From: Bacteroidota bacterium
GTDB lineage: Bacteria > Bacteroidota > Bacteroidia > 2-12-FULL-35-15
Length of the DNA: 64,000 nt
Reading direction: 5' to 3'
NCBI GenBank assembly: GCA_040388745.1
Contig: JAZKBF010000037.1
Coordinates: forward strand, 3,147-67,146
The translations under genes were made by a program, and so were the position numbers. The stretch's first letter is position 1; each line of letters opens with the position of its first letter. Below, piece by piece: positions 49,473 to 60,900 of this stretch. Below the pieces are notes generated by a model that was not told the DNA's origin, did no database searches, and was given only the letters and a program-made list of their open reading frames with translations.

Positions 49473-52400
49473 TTACCTGACCACGGTAAGAAATCCTTTG
49501 AAAGTTTGTACCTGGTCTTTAGAGTTCGTGAGGTATAGAATATAAAAATAAACCCCGCCAGACACTGTTTTCCCTTTTTTATTATTTCCGTTCCAATATA
49601 TGTTAGAGTCGTTTGTTTCAAACATCTTTATACCCCAGCGATCAAAAATTTCTGCACGATATGCTTTAAACCCTTCTGCCTTCAGTTCAAAGAAATCATT
49701 GAAGCCATCATTATTAGGAGAGAACACGTTGGGAATTGAATAATATTCCTTTTCGGTTACGGTCACCTTCACAGAGTCAAAATCCGAACACCCATTGGAA
49801 TCAGTGACGGTTACATAATAAGTGGTGGTTATAGAAGGTGAAGCAAAAGGGCTTTGGCAATTTGTGCAACTTAAATCCGAAGCTGGTGTCCACACATAAT
49901 TTAAACCTGCTGAAGCAATTAGCTGCACAGAATCTCCTGCTACAATGCTCTGATCTTCTCCAGCATTCACGATGCCTGCCGGGTTATCTACTATTGTTAC
50001 CAACACTGTATCTTTACAATTATTGGCATCCGTAATAATACATTGATAGGTGCCAGCTATTAATCCCGTGGCTGTATCATTGGTTTGAGTTGGAGAAGTA
50101 TTCCACAGATACAAATAAGGAGCTGTTGCATTTGCTGCTGTTACAATCCCTTGGCCATCGGGCTGCGCGCAATTGCTATTAACGCTACCCGTATTTATAT
50201 TAAGATCAGATGGTTGGGATATGGTCGCTGGTACACTTGTCTGGCAACCTGCGGAATCAGTGATCAAACAAATGTATGTTCCTGCTAACAAACCAAGAAC
50301 GGTATCGTTCAGCTGAGCAGGTGAAGTATTCCAAGAATAAGTGTAAGCACCTATGCCTCCGGTAGCAAAAGCAGTGGCATAGCCATTATTTCCACCAAAA
50401 CAGGAAGCATTTGATTGAGAAGTTATAGTTGCAGTTGGACCTCCTCCATTAACAAGAACAGTTCCGCTGGCGGTTGTTGTGCAACCTAGAGAATCAGTAA
50501 TGGTAACCAAATATAATCCTGCTCCAATATTAGTAATGGTTTGAGTTGTTGCGCCACCATTATTCCATAAATATGTTAAATTACCTGATCCACCAGATGC
50601 TATTACGTTAGCGGAACCGTTAGAGAGTCCGCAGGGTGTTGGGGTTGTATTTACCATGGCTGTTATAGAATCCGACTGACTAATTTCAACTGTTTCAATA
50701 CCAACACAACCAATGCTATCAGTAACGGTAATTGTATATGTTCCGGCCATCAAATTGATCGCTGTTGCAGCATTTCCTCCGCTTGCTGTCCATAAATACG
50801 TCAAACTACCCGATCCTCCGGTAACAGAAGCGGTTGCACTGCCATTGTTTCCAGCATAACAGCTAACATTTGTTTGAGAGCTTATAGTTACTACCGGACC
50901 ACCTCCACTATTCGTTATTGTTACCTGATCAGAGGTAGGAGCAGAACAAGGAGCATTGCTGATCGTCCATTCAAATACATTTATACCGATGCCTAATCCT
51001 GTTATTCCGGATATTTCGGAAGTAGGTGTTGTGATGGTGCCGGTTCCACTCACCAAGGTCCACACTCCTGTTCCAACTATAGGGAAATTCCCGGCTAAAA
51101 CGGTTGAATTACTGCACACCGATTGATCTGGTCCGGCTGCGGCTATTGTGGTAGTAGTTGGAGGTTGAGTAATGGTAACAATGGTTGATCCGGGACAGTT
51201 ATTAGAATCTAAAACATTAAGTGTATATGTACCTGCAGGAAGGCCTGTGAAACTCTGTATTCCGGTAACGTTGGTAAAAGTAATAACTGTGGCACCTCCC
51301 CCATTTACTAAAGTATAATCCCATGGCGAAACACCTCCGCTGGTGCTTGCATTGAAACTTCCTATTGATTGTCCTAAACAAGCATTGTGAACAATGTTTG
51401 AAGATGTAACCGTTAATTGCGGGCACACTTCAGAACAGTTTGGTAAAGACGACAAGCTTGTAATTTGTAAACTGTCTCCATTGCCATCAATAAAAAGTAT
51501 AGGATATGTTCCGGAAGGTGTAACAGTTGTGCCGGTTGTAAAGCTTACCCATGAAGTTACATTTACTGCACAACCCGGAGGGAAAGCGCACCCGAAGGCA
51601 CATGCACTGCAATTTTGCGTAGTTGTTTGGTTATACCATGTATAAGCAGGTGTTCCACTGGTGGCTGTGATATCGCCATTTATTTCCTGACAGGCAGTTA
51701 ATGCTTCACAGGTGCTTACAACAATGCTTATAGAATCGGATCCACAAGGTAATGTGTAAATTATAGTATGAGTACCTACACCGGCTGTGGCTGGGTTAAA
51801 AACACCGGTTGAAGGGTTAACACCCGCACCACTCCATGTTCCGCCAGCTATAGAAGGAGCTAATGCCACAGGTGAACCGGTAATACACATTGCAGCAACA
51901 GTACACACAGAAGCATCGCAGCAGAATAAAGATAATGGATTACATGCCGCAAATGAAGCGATAGATTGCACATATCCAGTACGGACCCCAGATGTTTGAG
52001 TCGTGGATCCGGCAACAATAATATTACCTGCTGTGCTCACAGTAACATCAAAGACAGTGAATGGTAATGCAGCAAAACCAATTTGAGTTAAATTAGCATC
52101 GTATTTATAAACACCTGTAGAGGATCCAACATATACATTACCACAGGTATCAATATCTAAACCACTGCTTCCCGGAACCTGTCCAGGATTTCCAAAAACA
52201 CCAGCAACACTAATACCACCTGGAATTGTTACAGACGATATTATTGCAAGGCTTCCAAGTGCACGTTTATGCAGCGTATTACCATTTTGAGTATAAAGAA
52301 AATTTTTATTTGCCTTTATAGCCATGATACCTGAATTTGAATACCTGTAAGAAGGATTGTAATAGGCAAAATCATAGGTGCTGCTTATTTTATACATGGA

Positions 52401-53807
52401 AGAAGTGGAAGAACAAGCCGTAAAATTTTGGGAAATACGGCCAATGGAATCAAGGATCAGAAAATAATATTTCCCATTGGGTGCTGAACAAATTGAACGA
52501 ACCTCATCAGGCCCAACAGCCCCAAACAGCAAGGCTTTATCAAAACCAACAACCTTGGTGGCCAAAACATTCCCACTGTTTACATCCAGATCGAAAATGG
52601 CTCCACGTAAAGGGAAAATTCCAGAAGTACCCCCAATAATTAATCGTGTCTGATCACAATTAAAGGTGATGTTCCAAAGTTCTTCGGAGTTCCCCCCAAT
52701 ACTATTATTGGTCCAAACATTGCCCCCGGCAGTATTTACTTTTGAAATCTTTGATTGTGTTCCTGAAGTTACGTAAGAATTACCCGCAAGATCCACAGCA
52801 AAGGTACCAAGCCAATAATTTGCTGTATCCCAAGTAGTATTGTATGTCCATTGCAGTATGCCCGCAGCATTATATTTTATTATTTTCATTGGCGTATCTC
52901 CACCAATGATATACACATTCCCGGCAGCATCTCTTTCACATTCCCATACGCTGTTTGAGTTTGACAAGGTTGGAGTCTGCACCCATGGATCAATGATCAC
53001 CTTTTTTGTATGATCGTATTCGCCTAACTTAAACGAAATTGTATTTGCCGTTTTGACAAAAAGAGAAGAAATAATGTTGGATCTATTTTCGGAATAAAAA
53101 GTGACAGGAGCGTGTTCAACGATATCACCAAATAAAGTGGGAATATGCAGATCCCCGTTTCCTTTCAGCTTAACTTTATCGTCATACTTCATTTTTACTT
53201 TTGAAATGTCGCCACCGGGATGCACTATCAATGAATATTTTATCCCTTCGGTAGGGTGAAAAACATATTCAATATCTATGTTAGGGTATATATTTTTGTA
53301 AACTAATTTTTTGAATGCATTGATATGATTGATGTTTCTCTCAGTGCCATCTTTTTCTTTTATAGAATAACTGTAATAGTCAAAAGTTTCGTCTAAAGGA
53401 ACTATTTCAACATTTGGATTCGCATTCTCCCAAATAAAGTTTATCACATCTGTTTTGAATTCCATCCTGTGCTCTTCGGCTTCCATTTCAGCGTGGGACC
53501 TTCCGTTTTTCAAAGCTTCGTGTTCGCGCACTCTCTCATTTTCAGTTTCCTCTTTTTTCCAACGCTTTAAAAAACTGTAGGTAACGCCTTTTGAGCTAAA
53601 ACTGATCATGGTTGAGCCATTATCAAAGGCATATAGAACTTTTTCATTGGGATCGTTAGTGTGAAACTGCCCTTTATTTTCAATAAAAACTTTTGGGGTT
53701 TGATATTTTACAGACCATCCATCATTCGCTTCTGCTACGTGTGTTGAAAAGGCAAATACACAAAGAAAAATTGTGAAAATAGCAAAGGGGTAATTTCTTT
53801 TTTTCAT
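49473..53807 (-). CDS. Tandem paralog of the 44956 protein with a different distal stalk and sorting domain
   Basis: Nearly identical N-domain, divergent propeller, additional SprB-like repeats, IPNVFSPNNDGFND...IFDRWG...GFLTVVR. Confidence 0.92.
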   Translation of the reverse strand: MKKRNYPFAIFTIFLCVFAFSTHVAEANDGWSVKYQTPKVFIENKGQFHTNDPNEKVLYAFDNGSTMISFSSKGVTYSFLKRWKKEETENERVREHEALKNGRSHAEMEAEEHRMEFKTDVINFIWENANPNVEIVPLDETFDYYSYSIKEKDGTERNINHINAFKKLVYKNIYPNIDIEYVFHPTEGIKYSLIVHPGGDISKVKMKYDDKVKLKGNGDLHIPTLFGDIVEHAPVTFYSENRSNIISSLFVKTANTISFKLGEYDHTKKVIIDPWVQTPTLSNSNSVWECERDAAGNVYIIGGDTPMKIIKYNAAGILQWTYNTTWDTANYWLGTFAVDLAGNSYVTSGTQSKISKVNTAGGNVWTNNSIGGNSEELWNITFNCDQTRLIIGGTSGIFPLRGAIFDLDVNSGNVLATKVVGFDKALLFGAVGPDEVRSICSAPNGKYYFLILDSIGRISQNFTACSSTSSMYKISSTYDFAYYNPSYRYSNSGIMAIKANKNFLYTQNGNTLHKRALGSLAIISSVTIPGGISVAGVFGNPGQVPGSSGLDIDTCGNVYVGSSTGVYKYDANLTQIGFAALPFTVFDVTVSTAGNIIVAGSTTQTSGVRTGYVQSIASFAACNPLSLFCCDASVCTVAAMCITGSPVALAPSIAGGTWSGAGVNPSTGVFNPATAGVGTHTIIYTLPCGSDSISIVVSTCEALTACQEINGDITATSGTPAYTWYNQTTTQNCSACAFGCAFPPGCAVNVTSWVSFTTGTTVTPSGTYPILFIDGNGDSLQITSLSSLPNCSEVCPQLTVTSSNIVHNACLGQSIGSFNASTSGGVSPWDYTLVNGGGATVITFTNVTGIQSFTGLPAGTYTLNVLDSNNCPGSTIVTITQPPTTTTIAAAGPDQSVCSNSTVLAGNFPIVGTGVWTLVSGTGTITTPTSEISGITGLGIGINVFEWTISNAPCSAPTSDQVTITNSGGGPVVTISSQTNVSCYAGNNGSATASVTGGSGSLTYLWTASGGNAATAINLMAGTYTITVTDSIGCVGIETVEISQSDSITAMVNTTPTPCGLSNGSANVIASGGSGNLTYLWNNGGATTQTITNIGAGLYLVTITDSLGCTTTASGTVLVNGGGPTATITSQSNASCFGGNNGYATAFATGGIGAYTYSWNTSPAQLNDTVLGLLAGTYICLITDSAGCQTSVPATISQPSDLNINTGSVNSNCAQPDGQGIVTAANATAPYLYLWNTSPTQTNDTATGLIAGTYQCIITDANNCKDTVLVTIVDNPAGIVNAGEDQSIVAGDSVQLIASAGLNYVWTPASDLSCTNCQSPFASPSITTTYYVTVTDSNGCSDFDSVKVTVTEKEYYSIPNVFSPNNDGFNDFFELKAEGFKAYRAEIFDRWGIKMFETNDSNIYWNGNNKKGKTVSGGVYFYILYLTNSKDQVQTFKGFLTVVR

Positions 53808-53941
53808 TGGTATCACATTGATGTTTAGCTACCTATAAGCGAATAATCATTAAAGATAGCAGAAAATTTTACTTACGAGCAAACTATTATTTTTCTAAGT
53901 GTAGGGGTCTGGCTTGATAAAAAAGAATAAAGTATGAAACC

Positions 53942-55297
53942 CTATTTCCTTTTCACATAATTCAAAACGCCCTGAAAGTAAGCTTCTGCAACTTGTTGAA
54001 CGCGCTCGTTTTTTGTTTTATCGCATTCTTTATTTAATGCGATACATTCATTTACATTATCCTGATACAGGGTTTCACCATACACCAATGGGCCATGTAT
54101 ATACCTTGTTAATTGGAGATTTCGACAATATACACCAACTTCACCTGCACTCAAACAACCCTCCAATAAATACGTAGCGTCTTTCATTGTCGCGGTTTTC
54201 ACATTTAGATGCTTCTCAAAACTTTGTATCACATCTGAACTCAATGCAATTGACTTTTCCAGATCGGTAGTTATAAGCAGTCTCAAAAATTCAAATCTTT
54301 TTTGAGGAGTAGGTAGATCATTTTTCATAAAGGCCCCCCCAACAAAAACCATGTTGAAATTATTGTTAGCCGGTTTCACCCAACCGGTATTGTTTTCGTC
54401 TACGTTGTAATGGATAATGATAGTAAGATCAGGATTGTAATTGTTAATAATTTCGGAACGTTTCGCTAATTCCACATCTTTAAAGATCACCCTGAATTTA
54501 TCACGTTTAGTTGGCTTGGAACCTAAGAAAAATTGTTTTTGAACGGGACTTAATTTTCCAATTTTGAACAAACTATCTACAGTTGTAATATAATTTGTTT
54601 TAAGCCAGTCATCGAATGTCACCCCGAAGGCACTACTACTATTGAAGGGGCGGGTCATAAACACTTCAGCTCCTTCCGCTTCCAGTTTGTCTTTTAATAA
54701 TTTAGCGGTAGCAAACGTGAGCACTCCTTCGGCAATTGCAATTGAATCCATCAAACCTTTGAGACTATCGCATTTGAATGTTAAACACTTTTTTTCTATA
54801 TCGCCCATTTCCATATCACCTGCAATATGTCCGGGGTCAATGGCTATTTTTAAACCTTTAAGTTTTTTTGTTTCGGTGGTAAAACTTGAATCAACTTTAG
54901 AGGAATCCACCATTAAATTTGATGCGAAAGGAATAGCCATTTTATAATTTCCTTTTTTATACGTTTCAAAAACCTGATTACCCCCAGTGTTTTTTAAATA
55001 CAAATTAAAGTTGTCAATTTCATCGAAGTTGATATGGAATTCAAAATCTTTTTTTAATTTTTTTTGAAGAGATTCGTAAATGCTTATTCCATCTCTATTG
55101 ATTGAATAATGTAGAGATAACGCCTTTTCTTTATCAAGATATTTTTCTACTTTATGGGTATAGTATTTAATTTTAGCAGAAGTAGCAGAATCTTGTGAAA
55201 TGCAGTTGGTAACTGTAAGTATGGGCAGGAAGAAAAAAGTGATATTTAATTTAAAAAAACTGATCATTTTAATAATACTAAGATTTAGGAATTTCAT
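53942..55297 (-). CDS. N-acetylmuramoyl-L-alanine amidase (Amidase_3-like)
   Basis: LKIAIDPGH, AEGVLT, GAEVFMTR, TIIIHYN and VYGETL match the Zn ligands and catalytic Glu. Long insertions between motifs. Confidence 0.8.
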   Translation of the reverse strand: MKFLNLSIIKMISFFKLNITFFFLPILTVTNCISQDSATSAKIKYYTHKVEKYLDKEKALSLHYSINRDGISIYESLQKKLKKDFEFHINFDEIDNFNLYLKNTGGNQVFETYKKGNYKMAIPFASNLMVDSSKVDSSFTTETKKLKGLKIAIDPGHIAGDMEMGDIEKKCLTFKCDSLKGLMDSIAIAEGVLTFATAKLLKDKLEAEGAEVFMTRPFNSSSAFGVTFDDWLKTNYITTVDSLFKIGKLSPVQKQFFLGSKPTKRDKFRVIFKDVELAKRSEIINNYNPDLTIIIHYNVDENNTGWVKPANNNFNMVFVGGAFMKNDLPTPQKRFEFLRLLITTDLEKSIALSSDVIQSFEKHLNVKTATMKDATYLLEGCLSAGEVGVYCRNLQLTRYIHGPLVYGETLYQDNVNECIALNKECDKTKNERVQQVAEAYFQGVLNYVKRK

Positions 55298-55374
55298 TTT
55301 TTCCTACTGTAAATATACGCAAATGCTTATTGCTTTGAATTATCATTAATTTTACACTTTCATATTTTAAAAGA

Positions 55375-55779
55375 ATGAATATTAAAGGAATTAATTTTGA
55401 TACCGAATTTAGCTTTAAAACCAGCCGAAGTGGTGGTGCAGGTGGGCAGAACGTAAATAAAGTTTCTACAAAGGTAGAACTGGATTTTGACGTTCTTAAT
55501 TCTGCATTACTCACTGATGAACAAAAAGAAATAATTCAGACAAAATTAGAGAACAGAATTACTAAAGAAGGCGTATTACAAATTATAGTTCAAGAGGAGC
55601 GTTCACAATTAGGTAACAAAGAAATAGCGATCAAGAAGTTTTACGATCTACTGAATAAGTGTTTTATTGTTAAGAAAAAACGCAGAGCTACAAAACCTTC
55701 GAAAGGTTCGAAAGAAAGGCGGTTAAAATCAAAAAAAATTAATTCGGATATTAAAAAAACGCGTAAAGGAGAATGGTGA
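55375..55779 (+). CDS. arfB: Alternative ribosome rescue factor ArfB (YaeJ)
   Basis: SRSGGAGGQNVNKVSTKV, RSQLGN, and basic tail RRATKPSKGSKERRLKSKK. Confidence 0.95.
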   Translation: MNIKGINFDTEFSFKTSRSGGAGGQNVNKVSTKVELDFDVLNSALLTDEQKEIIQTKLENRITKEGVLQIIVQEERSQLGNKEIAIKKFYDLLNKCFIVKKKRRATKPSKGSKERRLKSKKINSDIKKTRKGEW

Positions 55780-55786
55780 GAAAAAT

Positions 55787-55904
55787 AATTTAACAATTTG
55801 ACAATTATTCAGTAGGCAATTAAAAAAGTAATTTATTCAATTATGTAAATTAAGAGGGTAACGCTCGAAATTGCCTACTGCTAAATTGTCAAATTGAATA
55901 ATTG
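55787..55904. repeat. Inverted repeat of 8-mer-like units; one arm recurs at 62794-62829
   Basis: caatttgacaattattcagtaggcaatt ... aattgcctactgctaaattgtcaaattg. Confidence 0.7.
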
Positions 55905-55905
55905 A

Positions 55906-56592
55906 TCATCCTACACGTTTTAAAAATTCTTTCCAAAGAACTTCATTTGGTGGTGGTGCAATGATGATGACAGGCTCCTGTTTAACGGGGTGAATAAATT
56001 CCACTTTTCTTGCATGTAAATGGATAGAAGCATCTTTATTACCTCGGTCGAAACCATATTTTACATCCCCTTTTATTGGACTACCCATTTTTGAAAGCTG
56101 CACCCGTATTTGGTGATGACGGCCGGTAAGAGGCTTTATTTCCAATAAATGATAATTATCCGAACTACATATTAATTCATAATCTAATTCCGAACGAAGC
56201 GCTCCCGGTGTTTCTTTTTCAAAGGCTTTCGACATATTTTTTGCTTCATTTTTTTTTAAATAATGAACCAAATTCCCTTTTACATTTTGCGGTTTGTTTT
56301 TCACAACAGCCCAATATGTTTTTTGAATTTCTTTGGTTTGAAACATCATGTTCAAACGCGCTAGGGCTTTGCTGGTCTTAGCAAACAATACAATACCGCT
56401 AACAGGCCTATCGATGCGGTGAACGGTGCCAATAAACACATCACCGGGCTTATTGTATTTTTCTTTTACATATTGTTTTACAAAATCACTTAAAGGTGTA
56501 TCGCCAGTTTTATCGCCCTGCACAATATCCGAAGGACGCTTGTTGACAGCAATAATGTGGTTGTCTTCAAATAAAACTTCGATTGAATTCAT
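55906..56592 (-). CDS. RluA family RNA pseudouridine synthase
   Basis: VHRIDRPVSG catalytic Asp, TGRHHQIRVQL, PIKGDVKYG and LHA. Confidence 0.94.
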   Translation of the reverse strand: MNSIEVLFEDNHIIAVNKRPSDIVQGDKTGDTPLSDFVKQYVKEKYNKPGDVFIGTVHRIDRPVSGIVLFAKTSKALARLNMMFQTKEIQKTYWAVVKNKPQNVKGNLVHYLKKNEAKNMSKAFEKETPGALRSELDYELICSSDNYHLLEIKPLTGRHHQIRVQLSKMGSPIKGDVKYGFDRGNKDASIHLHARKVEFIHPVKQEPVIIIAPPPNEVLWKEFLKRVG

Positions 56593-56606
56593 TTGTACAT
56601 TTTATA

Positions 56607-56680
56607 ACACAGAGGTCACAAAGTTTTAAGAGTTTCGCAGAGAGCTGTGGGGCTCTTTTTTCTCTGTGAACTCTGTGTTG
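56607..56680. repeat. CACAGAG/CTCTGTG 9-mer-type inverted repeat
   Basis: aacacagaggtcacaaag ... ctctgtgaactctgtgtt. Related half-site at about 9362-9398. Confidence 0.65.
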
Positions 56681-56709
56681 AATATTATTCGTATTTCAAT
56701 GAAAATGAT

Positions 56710-57525
56710 TTAGTACTGCTCATTCGCATTTGGAAAATCTTTTGACTTCACATCTTTAATATATTCACCAACAGCACCTTTAATATCATCGTATAAATTT
56801 AAATAACGTCTTAAAAAACGTGGATTAAATTCATGCGTTAAACCCACCATATCATGAAAAACAAGCACTTGCCCGTCAATACCCCCACCGGCACCGATTC
56901 CTATTACAGGAATGGTCAATTCTTTTGCAGCCTGCTCTGCTAATTTCGCAGGTATTTTTTCCAGGACCAAAGCAAAACAACCTACTTTTTCAAGGATATG
57001 AGCATCTTCAATTAACCGATGCGCTTCTTCTTCTTCTTTTGCACGAACATTATAAGTTCCAAATTTATAAATGCTTTGAGGTGTAAGTCCAAGATGCGCC
57101 ATAACAGGGATACCAGCAGTTAAAATGCGCTCAACGGATTCTTTTACCTCTCTGCCACCTTCCAATTTAACAGCATGGGCACCGCTTTCTTTCATTATTT
57201 TTATTGCTGAATTTAAAGCTTCCTTTGAATTCCCCTGGTAAGAACCAAAAGGAAGATCCACTACAATTAAAGCCCGTTTAACTGCACGCACTACCGATGA
57301 TGCGTGATAGATCATTTGGTCAAGTGTAATAGGCAAAGTAGTTTCATGGCCGGCCATTACATTCGATGCGGAATCACCTACCAGTATTACATCAATACCC
57401 GCATGATCAACAATTTTAGCCATTGTATAGTCATAAGCAGTAAGCATGGATATTTTTTCGCCACGGAGTTTCATATCCAATAATACATTGGTAGTAACCT
57501 TTTTAATTTCTTTGTGTATTGACAT
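56710..57525 (-). CDS. panB: 3-methyl-2-oxobutanoate hydroxymethyltransferase
   Basis: [29 protein letters not shown] and GIGAG..DGQVLV. TAGATTTG box at 57617-57610. Confidence 0.97.
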   Translation of the reverse strand: MSIHKEIKKVTTNVLLDMKLRGEKISMLTAYDYTMAKIVDHAGIDVILVGDSASNVMAGHETTLPITLDQMIYHASSVVRAVKRALIVVDLPFGSYQGNSKEALNSAIKIMKESGAHAVKLEGGREVKESVERILTAGIPVMAHLGLTPQSIYKFGTYNVRAKEEEEAHRLIEDAHILEKVGCFALVLEKIPAKLAEQAAKELTIPVIGIGAGGGIDGQVLVFHDMVGLTHEFNPRFLRRYLNLYDDIKGAVGEYIKDVKSKDFPNANEQY

Positions 57526-57933
57526 TTTTTATTGCCTTTTTAAATTCATTGATTTTTTTATTTGAAAATAAATAATTCATTTTCAAATTGTTTATTTCAC
57601 GATACTCCACAAATCTACAAATTGTTTTTGATTGCATCTTTTTTGAAAAAATCAGACCTAAACTGAAAAATAAGTAAAATATGCATTTGTTGGTCGCTGA
57701 ACTTGCGTAAAATCAGCTTCGCTTTACCTTCATTTAAAAAAACAATGATGCAACTTTTTGGTGATTTTAAGCATCTTTTTATTACCTTCATAAAATTTGT
57801 AACACCAAAGAGAATAATTAATCCATATAGTTTTGATTTTCAGCAAAGTATAACAATGATGGAGAAGTGATTAAACCCTTAAAAAAGCTCTTATTTGAAC
57901 TTTAAAAGGATATTTAGTTTTAATACATTAAAA

Positions 57934-60900
57934 ATGAAACCCAAGTCTTTCCTATCTTTATTTAGTTTTATTTCAAAAAAACTACCTTTTTTCTTTATTT
58001 TATTTTATTCAACTTACCTGTTTTCACAAAACAGCAGTAATGATCTTAAAGAAACAAATAAAACCGGAACCAAGCAATCTAACTGGAGTTCAAAACCTTT
58101 TGAACGCAAAGCCTTTATTGAAAATAAAGGACAATATGCTACCGATCTAAGTCCGACAGAAAACAATTTTAGCTATTGCATTGATAACGGAACAAAGACA
58201 TTTTTTTATAACAATGAAGTGCTTTTTTATTTTACCAGATCTTTATTAACAGAAGAAGACAGGGAAGAAAAAGAAGACCCTGAAGAAGAGCGCATTCGGG
58301 AATCTCAATTGCAAAAAACAGAAAAACAATTTATAAAGATGAAATGGCTCAACGCCAACCCAAATGCAACCATCGAGGTAGGCGATGAGCAAACCGTTGA
58401 TTATGGATATGTAATAAGCAAAAATGTACCTAAGAATTACACAGCACACTGCAAAGGATATAGTAAACTGAAAATTAAAAATCTGTATGCCGGCATCGAT
58501 GTAGAATATTTTTTTACTGAAAAAGAAGGCTTTAAATACAATTTATATATTAGCGCTGGAGCTGATATCAGCCAGATACAGCAACAATATGAAGGTGTAA
58601 AAAATATAGAATTACTATATGGCAATATTTTTATAGAAACAATACAAGGAGATGTAATTGACCATGCCCCCATAAGCTACGCCACCTCTAACAAAGAACA
58701 AAAAATAGCAAGTAGCTTTTCATTAAAAAATAATATTGTTTCATTTAATATCGAAAACACCGGTAACCAGGCTATAACCATTGATCCGTGGGTGAGTGTA
58801 CCTGCTATGCCAACTTCCCCTGTTGATAATGGAGTAGATCGATATGGAAATACTTATGTAACCAGCCATCTATATATTTTAGAAAAATATTCTCCTACAG
58901 GTGCTTTAATTTCATCCACGGATGTAATGGGCGGTGCATCTCCTTACTATGGCGATATGTTAACCGACTCACGTGGTTATTGTTTTTATAATACTGTTGG
59001 TTTTCATGCGCGTGGAGATGCCAGTGCTGTTGATTCTGCCGGAAATTTTTTGTGGGATAGTTTTGGAATTACAGAATGTTGGCGCTTTGTTTTAAATGAA
59101 TGCAATCAGCAGGTATTGTCGCTAACAGGTTACAGGCATAGCGCTACTGGGTTTGCAAAGATAGATACTGAAACCGGTGCGCTTACAGGTTATACACAAA
59201 GCGGAACATGCTGCCAGGACCCACATTGCGGAGCTATCGATTATAATGGAGATGTTTATTGTGTTGTTTCTGAAAATGGTGCAGGAAGTAAAATTTATAA
59301 ATGGACACCCGGAAATACTATTTCAACAACTTACCCTGCTGTAGGTAGCTGGGGATACGGCACCGGATACGTGGCTGATGGGGGATTTGCCCAAGGTTAT
59401 AACGGCATGACCATTTTAGGCAATAACTTATACATTTTTGATGGCGCAACATTATTTAAGGTTAACAAAACAAATGGTGCTATAGTAACCCAAGTTACTG
59501 TACCTGGTGGAGTAAATAAAAAAAATGGAGGTATATACATTACCAGTTGTGGGAAAATATTTGTTGGGTCAGGCACCGGAGTGTACATGTATGATATGAA
59601 TTTTAATCAGATAGATTTTAAAGCAACAACTGGTAAAGTATTTGATCTGGCCTTTAACACTTTTAATCAAACTATAAGTGTTTGTGGTCCGGGACATGTT
59701 ACTGAGTTAGCATTTGTAATTCCCCCTTGCATTTTTCAAACACAACCGTTTATACAGCCATCCTGCGGTGGATTGCCAAATGGTTATATTAAACTAAACT
59801 TAGCCGGAGGAGTTCCTGACTACACGTATACCTGGACCAATAATGGTGTGCCGCTAAGTCAAATTACTGACAGTATCGGAAATTTAGCACCGGGAACGTA
59901 TAAGTGCCTTTACACTGATAATAAATGTCCAATACCTAACAGGGATTCCATTCTCATCGTAGTTCCGTTAGTCACAACTAACGCAGCTTTCACTTTTAAT
60001 GATGTTTGCGATCCTGTACCTGCTCTGTTTGTGGATTCTTCGTATGTTGATTCAGGAACTATTAATAAATGGTCATGGAAATTTGGTGACGGAAACACTT
60101 CTATACTCCAAAACCCTTCTTATACCTATGCCCACAGTGGAACATATAATGTTACCCTGTTATCAACAACCAGTGATGGTTGCGTAGATTCTGTAAGCAA
60201 AAACGTAAAGATATTTCCTAAACCTGAAGCCGATTTCAGTTTCACCAATAAGTGTAATGGAACCGCTGTACCCTTTACCAGCATTTCCAGCATTGGTACA
60301 CCGGGAGTTATTACTGCATGGATTTGGGATTTTGGCGACAATACATTTGCCACAGGGAGCAGCACTTCTCACACATACAGCAGCCCGGGAAATTATAATG
60401 TAAAGCTGATAGTTAACAGTAGCAATTCATGCTCCGATACTATTGTACATCAAATTACTGTTTTCAATAATCCTATTGTAATCTTTACCCATAGTGACGT
60501 TTGCTTTGGCGATACGATGCATTTTACAAATAATTCAACAGTAAATATACCTGCTTCTATATCTACCTATTTATGGACTTTTGGAGATGGGGGCACAACA
60601 AGCAATTCGCAAAGTCCGGTTCGTTTTTATACTACATCTGGAACCTATAATGTTACGTTAATAGCCACAACAGCAGATGGTTGTGCTAATGCCACAACAA
60701 ATCCTGTAAATACTTTTGACGCTCCTACAACCGGATATACATTCAACAACACTTGTTTGCTTGCGTCTGCCCAATTTACAAACACAACGCTTAGTCCCAC
60801 AATGGGATCTACCGCCAACTGGACATGGAATTTTGGAGATGGTTCCCCTTTGAACACTACTGTTTTAAGCCCTCTTCACTTATACACTTCTCCCGGAAAT

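Noticed and set aside
41897-53807. Diversity-generating retroelement or invertible shufflon behind the paralog variation
   Set aside because: No reverse transcriptase or recombinase in the window, differences are not adenine-specific, and all three genes are co-oriented.
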